In this document: positions 23,835-34,415 of the stretch, one piece after another
Layout of the letters: each line of letters begins with the position of its first letter
Position numbering within the stretch: position 1 is the stretch's first letter
The notes under the pieces: generated by a model
What the model was told of the DNA's origin: nothing
Database searches by the model: none
Seen by the model: only the letters and a program-made list of their open reading frames with translations
Made by a program: the position numbers and the translations under genes
Assembly: GCF_006345805.1 (NCBI RefSeq)
Contig: NW_021835309.1
Coordinates: forward strand, 1-41,199
DNA: 41,199 nt
Source: Octopus sinensis
Taxonomy: Eukaryota
Direction of reading: 5' to 3'

Positions 23835-24268
23835 TATTTTTGTTATTTTTTATTTGCCCTGTCCGTGTGAGCTAACAATCGTACTGACTTTCATGGGAAA
23901 CATGTATTTTTGTGGTTGAAACCTTTTGGATTAACTGGTGCTAGAGTGAGCCATATAGTGACCACTCTCTTATATTTATTTTGAAAAATATTATAATATA
24001 TTATAAAATATATAATAATCCAGGTTTCTCGGAGCACTAGGCCACTTGGTGTAGAATAGATATACTATTAAATTAGTATCTAATTCTCTCACCCTTATTA
24101 ATTAATATAATTTGCTGCATTATTTCTAAATGCTGTATTTGTTTTCCGTGAAAATTTGGCGCGCGTGTTGTGGGGCATTTGAATTATAACGTCGGATGTA
24201 ATCAATTGAACCACACGCGTATTTATCGTTATGGTAAAATCTGGCGTTGTGATTGAGTGGATTTCATC

Positions 24269-24364
24269 CAGATAGTTTTGGCTGAGGAGCCTACAAGTGG
24301 ATTTTTTTGTAAGTAAAATTACATTTAATTCATAATAGCGAAACAATTGTCCCAAAATAATCTG
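24269..24364 (+). ncRNA. Type I hammerhead, array copy 2 (one extra C in helix II)
   Basis: Same motif; C17 at 24351. Confidence 0.85.
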
Positions 24365-24802
24365 TATTTTTGTTATTTTTTATTTGCCTGTCCGTGTGAG
24401 CTAACAATCGTACTGACTTTCATGGGAAACATGTATTTTTGTGGTTGAAACCTTTTGGATTAACTGGTGCTAGAGTGAGCCATATAGTGACAACTCTCTT
24501 ATATTATTTTGTAAAAATATTATAATATATTATAAAATATTATAATAATCCAGGTTTCTCGGAGCACTAGGCCACTTGGTGTAGAATAGATATACTATTA
24601 AATTAGTATCTAATTCTCTCACCCTTATTAATTAATTATAATTATGCTGCATTTATTTCTAAATGCTGTATTTGTTTTCCGTGAAAATTTGGCGCGCTGT
24701 TAGTTGGGGCATTTGAATTATAACGTCGGATTGTAATCAATTGAACCACACGCGTATTTATCGTTATGGTAAAATCTGGCGTGTGATTGAGTGGATTTCA
24801 TC

Positions 24803-24897
24803 CAGATAGTTTTGGCTGAGGAGCTACAAGTGGATTTTTTTGTAAGTAAAATTACATTTAATTCATTAATAGCGAAACAATTGTCCCAAAATATCTG
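24803..24897 (+). ncRNA. Type I hammerhead, array copy 3
   Basis: Same motif; C17 at 24885. Confidence 0.9.
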
Positions 24898-25338
24898 TAT
24901 TTTTGTTATTTTTTATTTTCCCTGTCCGTGTGAGCTAACAATCGTACTGACTTTCATGGGAAACATGTATTTTTGTGGTTGAAACCTTTTGGATTAACTG
25001 GTGCTAGAGTGAGCCATATAGTGACCACTCTCTTATATTATTTTGTAAAAATATTATAATATATTATAAAACTATTATAATATCCAGGTTTCTCGAGCAC
25101 TAGGCCACTTGGTGTAGAATTAGATATACTATTAAATTAGTATCTAATTCTCTCACCCTTAATTAATATATGATTATTATTTTATGCTGCATTTGTTTTC
25201 TAAATGCTGTATTGTTTTCCGTGAAAATTGGCGCGCTGTTAGGTGGGGCATTTGAATTATAACGTCGGATGTAATCAATTGAACCACACGCGTATTTATC
25301 GTTATGTAAAATCTGGCGTGTGATTGAGTGGATTTCAT

Positions 25339-25431
25339 CAGATAGTTTTGGCTGAGGAGCTACAAGGGATTTTTTGTAAGTAAAATTACATTTAATTCAT
25401 AATAGCGAAACAATTGTCCCAAAATAATCTG
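25339..25431 (+). ncRNA. Type I hammerhead, array copy 4
   Basis: Same motif; C17 at 25418. Confidence 0.9.
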
Positions 25432-25859
25432 TATTTTTGTTATTTTTTATTTTCCCTGTCCGTGTGAGCTAACAATCGTACTGACTTTCATGGGAAACAT
25501 GTATTTTTGTGGTTGAAACCTTTGGATTAACTGGTGCTAGAGTGAGCCATATAGTGACCACTCTTATTATTTATTTTGTAAAAATATTATAATATATTAT
25601 AAAATATTATAATAATCCAGGTTTCTCGGAAGCACTAGGCCACTTGGTGTAGAATAGATATACTATTAAATTAGTATCTAATTCTCCACCCTTATTAATT
25701 AATTATAATTATGCTGCATTTATTTTAAATGCGTTTTTGTTTCCGTGAAAATTTGGGCGCTGTTAGTTGGGGCATTTGAATTATAACGCGGATGTAATCA
25801 ATGAACCCACACGTATTTATCGTTATGCGAAAATCTGGCGTGTGATTGAGTGGATTTCA

Positions 25860-25955
25860 CAGATAGTTTTGGCTGAGGAGCTACAAGTGGATTTTTTGTA
25901 AGTAAAATTACATTAATTCATTAATAGCGAAACAATTGTCCCCAAAAATAATCTG
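25860..25955 (+). ncRNA. Type I hammerhead, array copy 5
   Basis: Same motif; C17 at 25940; homopolymer indels in the 3' arm of helix I. Confidence 0.87.
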
Positions 25956-26388
25956 TATTTTTGTTATTTTTTATTTGCCCTGTCCGTGTGAGCTAACAAT
26001 CGTACTGACTTTCATGGGAAACATGTTTTTGTGGTTGAAACTTTTGGATTAACTGGTGCTAGAGTGAGCCATGTAGTGACCCACCTCTTATATTTATTTG
26101 GTAAATATTATAATAATATATAAAATATTATAATAATCCAGGTTTCTCGGAGCACTAGGCCACTTGGTGTAGAATAGATATACTATTAAATTAGTATCTA
26201 ATTCTCTCACCCTTATTAATTATTATAATTATGCTGCATTTATTTCTAAATGCTGTATTTGTTTTCCGTGAAAATTTGGCGCGCTGTTAGTTGGGGCATT
26301 TGAATTATAACGTCGGATGTAATCAATTGAACCACACGCGTATTTATCGTTATGGTAAAATCTGGCGTGTGATTGAGTGGATTTCATC

Positions 26389-26482
26389 CACATAGTTTTG
26401 GCTGAGGAGCTACAAGTGGATTTTTTGTAACTAAAATACATTTAATTCATTAATAGCGAAACAATTGTCCCAAAATAATCTG
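26389..26482 (+). ncRNA. Type I hammerhead, array copy 6
   Basis: Same motif; C17 at 26469. Confidence 0.9.
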
Positions 26483-26628
26483 TATTTTTGTTATTTTTTA
26501 TTTGCCCTGTCCGTGTGAGCTAACAATCGTACTGACTTTCATGGGAAACATGTATTTTTGTGGTTGAACCTTTTGGATTAACTGGTGCTAGAGTGAGCCA
26601 TATAGTGACCACTCTCTTATATTTATTT

Positions 26629-26660
<32 letters not shown>

Positions 26661-26955
26661 TTAAATCACAATATATGGATTCTGGTAGTCTGGTAGTACT
26701 CACAAAGAAAAGGCTCCTTAATGTATCTTTCTACAAAACATATGGAATGTATAGTAGGATACACAGACTCTCTTTCACCTGAGGACGTGGCTTAAATTCT
26801 GCATTACTTTGCAGGACTTCGTGCTTTGCTTTAATGTAGACGTAAGTAATCTAGTTGTTATTAAATATAATAATATAAAATAATTACGTTTCTATCAGAA
26901 TTTTCTTACTATTTAATAAACTTTCATCAAACTATTTCTCTGTCATTTATGACAG

Positions 26956-27014
<59 letters not shown>

Positions 27015-27180
27015 TACATATATATTAAATTCAAATTATGATGAACGTAAACAAGCAAATGAAGTTTGCTTTAGAATCGTCGAGACGTCTTAGAAAATCA
27101 CTTCTTTAAATTATATATATATATATATATATATTATAGATATATATATATATACATACATACTTACATGCGTGCAAAAA

Positions 27181-27226
27181 AAAACTGTCCGACGAACGGG
27201 ACGGGAAACTCCGAGTAACAGGTTTT
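27181..27226 (+). ncRNA. Type I hammerhead-like motif (U4C variant)
   Basis: aaaactgt-CCGACGA-aCG gga CGg-GAA-ACU ccg AGU-A-acaggtttt. Helix I ctgt/acag plus aaaa/tttt. Confidence 0.5.
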
Positions 27227-27316
27227 GTTGAATTTCTGCTGCTTTTAAATAAAGTATAAATACATATATGTATGCATATATATGTATATATATACATACA
27301 TACATATATATATGTA

Positions 27317-27349
<33 letters not shown>

Positions 27350-27358
27350 GTGGTGTGT

Positions 27359-27398
<40 letters not shown>

Positions 27399-27539
27399 GG
27401 AGACAGTGTTTCCTCTTCTTGACATGAAAACAATGGTAAACTTAACTTACAAGTAAAGGAATTATATTCACTAATGCGGTGTTGAGCACTCATTTTCATC
27501 GTTCAACATTTACGTATATAATATGAGTTTGTGTGTGTG

Positions 27540-27605
<66 letters not shown>

Positions 27606-28042
27606 GTCTATATATGCGTCTATATATACGCATACATGTATATGTGTTTTTATATATATACGCATACATATATATATATATATGTTTGTATATATATATA
27701 AACATACGATTACAAACATACATAGATACATAAGTACGTGCATACATAAATACACATACATATATATCTTGGGTCGCTAAATTATGTTCTACTGTAGAAG
27801 GCGTATAGTCGTCTCACTTTACTTAGGTGATGAATAGGTAAAAGATATTTAAGTAGAAAGGTTCTAGTGACTGACTATCAAACGCTCCAAGAACAAATTC
27901 ATCATACAAACTTCTTAACATAATGGAAACAAGGATTATACGTAATTTCCTGGCTTGTTTCAGAATTAGCACTTTCAAATATAAAAGCAGAGAAATGGTC
28001 TATGAGATAGGTGTGAGGTTGACTTTGGTGAAATTTATATTT

Positions 28043-28174
28043 ATGGATGTATGATAACAAGTTTGCTTTTCAACCACATGGTTCCGTGGTATCTTGGGCA
28101 AATGTTTTCTACTACAGTCTCAGACAAAAGCCTTGTAAGCCAATTTGGTAGACGGAAACAAGAACAAGCCCGTC

Positions 28175-28212
<38 letters not shown>

Positions 28213-28428
28213 TACACACACACACTCAGCGGTCTTCTTTATACCAAGTTTATCAATCTATCTACCTACCTACCTACATATCTATCTATCTATCTATCTA
28301 TCTCTCTTTCTATATATATATATACGATGGGGTTCTTTATATATATATATATATACACGCACACATATATTATGTATAATACATGTATATATACGATAGG
28401 TTTCTTTATATATGTGTGTCTATAAATA

Positions 28429-28482
<54 letters not shown>

Positions 28483-28840
28483 TTATATATATTTGTATAT
28501 ACGACGGGCTTCTTTATATATTTATGTATATAATATATATATATATATATATACGACGGGTTTCTTTATATATGTATATTCATATATATATATATATGCA
28601 TGTATATATTTCTGCGCACGTGTGTGTGTGGTGTGTGTGTGTGTGTGTCCTCTCACCACTGCTTGGCAACCGGTGTGCTTACATCCTCTAACTTACCGGT
28701 TCGGCAAAATCAACAGCCTTAATAAATGCCAGACTTTAAAAAAAAAATCCCAGGATCGATTTGTTCGACTACACCCGTCAAGCCGATGCTCCGGCATTAT
28801 CGCAGACCAGTGACTGAAGCAAGTTAACGATAAAAGATAC
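28043..28840 (+). mobile_element. Degraded SINE family A with expanded internal microsatellite
   Basis: caaccacatggttcc head, ttggtagacggaaac..aagcccgtc block, 3' half ttggcaaccggtgtg..gtgactgaagcaag. Confidence 0.75.
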
Positions 28841-28996
28841 CATATATATCTTGGGTCGCTAAATTATTAGACTGAGAGCGAAATTCGAGACATTTCGAGC
28901 AGTAATTTTTTTTAGGGAATGGAAGAAAAAAAATTAGACCATTACAGAATAGAACATAAAGTAACGTATCTTTGAAAAGGGTGCAAGATTTTCATC

Positions 28997-29032
28997 TTCG
29001 CTGAAGAAGGTCCTCTGTCCGAAACGTCCGAA
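28997..29032 (+). ncRNA. Minimal PLE-type type I hammerhead
   Basis: ttcg-CUGAAGA-A-GGUC cucu GUCC-GAAACGU-C-cgaa. Helix I is 4 bp, helix III is the ACGU palindrome, GUC triplet; helix II has one U-U mismatch. Confidence 0.65.
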
Positions 29033-29089
29033 ATTTCCCCGTGATAGAATTACTTCTAAAATAACTTTACTTCTATAGCAACAGAAATA

Positions 29090-29266
29090 CCGTTTTTAAC
29101 GACATATAAGATGCACTTTTTCCCCAAAAATATGTCTGAAGAAATCACCCATTGATGCTATAGACGGAGCTTTGAGAAGATACTAAATACTTTATTCCTG
29201 AATAAGCATTGCTGTAATTGGGATGCGTCTAATATGTCTGTGCGTCTTTTATGCCATCAAAAACGG
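29090..29266. mobile_element. Tc1/mariner-type MITE (~177 bp)
   Basis: TA-flanked imperfect TIRs ccgtttttaacgacatataagatgcac and gtgcgtcttttatgccatcaaaaacgg. Confidence 0.75.
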
Positions 29267-29639
29267 TATATTGTTGATGCGCTTTGAAGGAAACAGAAAG
29301 GAAATATTTTAGGTGCTGCTTTGCCACAGGCTAACCATATTCGAATAGAAACATAATCATACGCACTCCAGCCGTAACCATTCAATATTATTGTCAGGTG
29401 AAGCCTTCCTTTGACCTCCTTATCGAAAGTGTCTTTCCTTTTTTAAGATGATAGAGTATGAGATGAGGGAGACACGGGTGATATTTCTAGTACGGCAAAC
29501 GACTGTGTATCAGCAAAAAGAACACACACACACGCACGCACTAACACACACATACACTTATTTATACATACACACGCACGCACACACACGCACATACAAC
29601 ACACACACATATATATATGTAAAGCATGCATGCGCGCGC

Positions 29640-29835
29640 GTGTGTGTGGTTGCGTTTGTCACCGCACTGCTTGACAATCGACATTCATTTGTTTACGTGC
29701 CCAAAACATGGCGGTTCAGCAAAAAAACAAAAACAAAAAAAAACAAAGAAAGAATAAGCACCAGAATTAAAAGAATCCCTGGAATCGATTTGTCTCAACG
29801 AAAACCGTGATTGCGGTGCTCCAGCCTAGCCGCCT
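29640..29835 (+). mobile_element. Degraded 3' half of SINE family A
   Basis: ctgcttgacaatcga..gcggttcagc..aagaataagcacc..gcggtgctccagcctagccgc. Confidence 0.7.
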
Positions 29836-30080
29836 TTCCTAAAATAATAACGAAATATATTTGAACAAGCAAACGTATATACACTATGCAAATACGTATA
29901 GAGTGATATACGCAAGCATAGACAGATAAGTAAATGCATAGAGATGGACAGACAAAGATATACAGAGATATTGTAGTATCATTGTGTGTGTGTGTGTCTG
30001 TGTCTATCTGTGTCTGTGTGTGCGTGTGCGTGTGTGTGTGTATAGGTGTGTATAGACGGATAGATAGATACATACATACA

Positions 30081-30403
30081 TACTATAGCCTCGGGCCGTC
30101 CAAAGCCTTGTGAGTGGATTTGGTAGACGGAAAATGAAAGAAGCCCGTCGTATATATGTATATATATATATATGTATGTGTGTGTATATGTTTGTGTGTC
30201 TGTGTTTGTCCCCCCAACATCGCTTGACAACCGATGCTGGTGTGTTTACGTCCCCGTAACTTAGCGGTTCGGCAAAAAAAAGACCGATAGAATAAGTACT
30301 AGGCTTGCAAAGAATAAGTCATGGGGTCGATTTGCTCGACTAAAAGGCGGTGCTCCAGCATGGCCACAGTCAAATGACTGAAACAAATAAAAGAGTAAAA
30401 GAG
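30081..30403 (+). mobile_element. SINE family A, 5'-truncated
   Basis: High similarity to 7910-8220; gtaaaagag tail. Confidence 0.9.
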
Positions 30404-30409
30404 TATATA

Positions 30410-30459
30410 TAGAGATAGATAGACAGACAGACAGATATGAGTGTATAAGTATGCATATG

Positions 30460-30529
<70 letters not shown>

Positions 30530-30624
30530 CTCAGTATAAGTATTTTAGTCGATACTAATGAAAAGTTAGGCTCCTTCTGTATCTGTCCTACGTGTACGTG
30601 TTTGTAGTACTTAAAGCATTTTTC

Positions 30625-30662
<38 letters not shown>

Positions 30663-31365
30663 GCATATATATATATATACATATATAGATACGTATGTAT
30701 ACATACATATGTACATACAGGCATATAAAATTGCATGTATATATACATGTATATATATATATATGTACACGCAATATAATCAAAAATATGCCCACACACA
30801 CACGCAATCAAGCACGTCATACATACATACATACATACATACATACATACATACATACATACATACATACATACATACATACATACATACATACATACAT
30901 ACTTAGAGTCCTATATTTACAGACACCGAATCTCACTTACGAATGTCTGTGTCGAGTGCAGCAGAGATGGATTGCTATGTTGCCCCTCTGATACATAGGA
31001 CGTCACCACGGTTTTAAATAACACCCTCCGAAGATACATCACTAGTATATATTATATTGCAGCACTCTAAGGCAAACCCTCATGTACATAAATAAATAAA
31101 TGCACACACACACACACGTTTACACACATACACACACACACAGATATATATATAATATATATTACGTATATATATATATAGATAGGTAGATATAGATATG
31201 TTTGTGTGTGTGTACATATATATATGTATATATATATATGTATATATATATGTACGCATACATAAGTAAATACATATACATACGTATACAGACTTCTACA
31301 CACATACGAATACATCTACATATACATACATACATATATCTATCTATATATCTATATGTCTCTCT

Positions 31366-31409
<44 letters not shown>

Positions 31410-31574
31410 ATATAAATATATATATATATGTATGTTTGTGTGTATATATAAATATATATATATATATATATAATTCATATACACACCTACATATAGATAC
31501 GTACAAATACGTACATACATATAAACACATACGTGCGCGTAAGTGCATACATATATACATGCATACATGCATAC

Positions 31575-31651
<77 letters not shown>

Positions 31652-31670
31652 CATATCATATATATATATA

Positions 31671-31729
<59 letters not shown>

Positions 31730-32454
31730 TGTGTGTGTGGTGTGTGTGTGTATGTGTGTATGTATGTATGTATGTATGTATGTATGTATGATTGTAGAGA
31801 GTACAGTACAGCAGAGAGATGGATTGCTGCGTCGGTTGCCAATCTGATACACAGGACATCATGAGCTTGGTTTTAAATAACACCTACTGGAGCTACATCT
31901 TTACACGCCAATCCACTCCCCTCGTGAACTCTCACTCTGTCTCGTAGACACACACCACACACAGGCACACACACACACACATACACGGGCACACACATGC
32001 ACATCCCTTCTATCAAGCCACGCCACCATCAGCATCATCAAGACATCAATATGACCTACTCCACCTCTTCCTTGATAAGAAAACGATGACTGGCGGCAGA
32101 TTCGTTGCAACTAACACAGCACGATGTACGTAGCTAAGCTTAGCTTACCAACTTGAGTTTCAGTTTAAATGAGAATTAATGGTTTCACTTTAAAGAATAC
32201 AAACTAGTGAATCGGGCAAATGGTTTCCTCGTATTTCATTCACATCTCATTCTTCCTAATAGATTTTAACATGCACGCATCAACCATCTATATGTCTACA
32301 CACCTGTATACATATACTTCTCAATAGATGCATGCATGCATACATATACATACATGTACATATATACACATGCATATGCATATGTGTGTATGCACATACA
32401 TATACATTCACATTTCTGTATGAATATGCGTTTGTTTGTATGTATGTATGCATG

Positions 32455-32544
<90 letters not shown>

Positions 32545-32741
32545 TATATGTATATATTTATATATATAAATAAATATACATATATATATATATACATATA
32601 TATAAATAATACATGAATGCATAAATGTATATGTATGTGTGTGTGTCTATGTGTGTGTATGTATTATTATTTATACATACGCATGTATACATAAACATAC
32701 ATATATACGTACACATATACATTTATATATATACATATAAA

Positions 32742-32812
<71 letters not shown>

Positions 32813-32830
32813 GTATGTATATATATATGT
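30410..32830. repeat. Compound (TA)n/(TACA)n/(TG)n/(CT)n microsatellite field
   Basis: Direct inspection, with short unique islands. Confidence 0.9.
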
Positions 32831-32850
32831 AAACGTATGTGTATATATAC

Positions 32851-33025
32851 ACCCGTGACCGACCAGGCTATCAGATATGCTACACATCGCTGGTCACAAT
32901 GCGTTTCGCATTGTTTTAGCCTTCAAATGTCGCCATCCCACTGGCTAAGCGAGCAGGCCAACAGAAGAAAGAGTGAGAGGAAGTTGTGGCGAAAGAGTAC
33001 GGCAGGGATCGTCACCACCTCCTGC

Positions 33026-33029
<4 letters not shown>
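32851..33029 (-). mobile_element. 5'-truncated SINE fragment
   Basis: Reverse complement shares ccggcag..ctctttcgccacaacttcct..cactctttc with the SINE at 1398, and gaaggctaaa..ctgatagcctggtcggtcacg with the SINE at 35735. Confidence 0.8.
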
Positions 33030-33073
<44 letters not shown>

Positions 33074-33152
33074 TTAGATAGGTAGGTAGATAATATATAA
33101 TGTGGTAAGTAATTAAGTAATTAGGTAGGTAGGTAGGTAGGTAGGTAGACGG

Positions 33153-33187
<35 letters not shown>

Positions 33188-33191
<4 letters not shown>

Positions 33192-34000
33192 GGAGGTACA
33201 GTGATCTTCCTGTGAGGAGTAGAATATCCAACGTTTCGGATTCTATCCCTCACCAGGCTGTAGAGAAAAAGAGAAGTTGAAGAGAGACAAACCGAATAAC
33301 ACGGGCTGCTAACGTGAAACAGAAGCTATAAGAGAGGGCATGAAGAAAGGAAGAGGAAAAGGGTGATGGAGAGAGTAGAGGTAAGTAAATACGGGAACAT
33401 TGCAGAGAGAGGGTGGCTGGAGGATTGTAAATGGTAAAGAAGAATTAAGAGGAGGTGAAATGATTAAAGGAAAAACGTTCATTCATACCTGTTGGGGACA
33501 TAGTGCCAAGATCAAATATTAGACATTGCTCTTTTCGTTTCCCAAAGAAGCGGGGTCCGTAATGCAAGGCCATAGATCTGCAATAGAATGATTCACAGTG
33601 TAGAAGTGGTTGGCGACAGGTTGGCCTGGTATACGTAGTTTTATGCTTCTGATGTGTTAGCGAAAGCTATCCCCCAAGTCGTCGCCTGTTTCTCCAGAGT
33701 TTGCATATAATACAATATATGAGATTCGCCGAAGTGCAACAGAAGTGGTGTGCTATGTGATATTGCTTCTTGGGCCTCGTGATGGTGGTAATATTGTTGA
33801 TGTAGGGGCATGTGTTACATCGTCGGAGAGAACAATTAAAGGTTCCTGGTTGCGCGGAGCTGGAAGCTGTGAAGCTTCTAACAAGGAGACTCCTATCTTT
33901 TTAAAAAGACAGGAGAGGCAGTGTGGGGAAGATAGGGGCGGCTTTTAGGTTATAAAAAGGAAAAACATTATATGAGATTTTGCTCAAGCACGCTGAAGGG
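33188..34000 (-). mobile_element. Penelope-like element 3' fragment with GIY-YIG endonuclease pseudogene (33445-33930)
   Basis: Translates CSLRRCNTCPYI..FCCTSANLIYCIICK..ETGRRLGDSFR*HIRSI..PVANHF..NHS..EQCLIFDLGTMSPTGMNERF. Ends at (TA)n. Confidence 0.9.
33226..33260 (-). ncRNA. Minimal PLE-type hammerhead-like motif (A6G variant) in the PLE 3' terminal repeat
   Basis: c-CUGGUGA-G-GGAU aga AUCC-GAAACGU-U-g. Helix I is decayed. Confidence 0.5.
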
Positions 34001-34354
34001 AGAGTTTTAGATTTGGGAGAACTCACGTTAATGAGGAACACATTTGAAAACGAGAACTTCACTTTACGTATTTTTACTTTTTAACTTGGAGACAAAAATA
34101 TATACTGTTTGCATTTGGATATTAAATACCAGACATTCCGTAATAGAAATACGAACGATTCAACCTTCAGTTTATTAATGAGATTTTGAGGAGCTTATTT
34201 AACCAAGCACACGTTCCAGTTGTGCAATTGTGGCCATGCTGGAGTACAGACTGTGAAATTGTAACCAATTACAGCTGTATTCATTTCATGCACCTGAAAA
34301 GAATGGGAGCAAATAACACAAGGTACTTTCACGGACGTTCAAGTGAAGAGTCAT

Positions 34355-34415
<61 letters not shown>

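Larger units (their letters stand above)
23411..26629 (+). mobile_element. Retrozyme-like tandem array: ~530-bp non-coding units each with a type I hammerhead, preceded by a 254-bp inverted partial unit, flanked by (TA)n
   Basis: Six near-identical hammerheads with cleavage sites at 23821, 24351, 24885, 25418, 25940 and 26469 (spacings 530, 534, 533, 522, 529). 23411-23664 is the reverse complement of ~23855-24106. Confidence 0.92.

Noticed and set aside
23880-23912. Second hammerhead-like word in each unit (CTGACTT..GAAACATGTA)
   Set aside because: G8/A9 are replaced by UU, there is no helix II, and helix I does not pair.
23411-26629. Array as a CRISPR array or coding repeat
   Set aside because: Whole ~530-bp units are repeated with no unique spacers; eukaryotic context; the small ORFs are not shared between units.
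27035-27095. atgatga...gagacgtc hammerhead-like relic
   Set aside because: Two core substitutions and no helix I.
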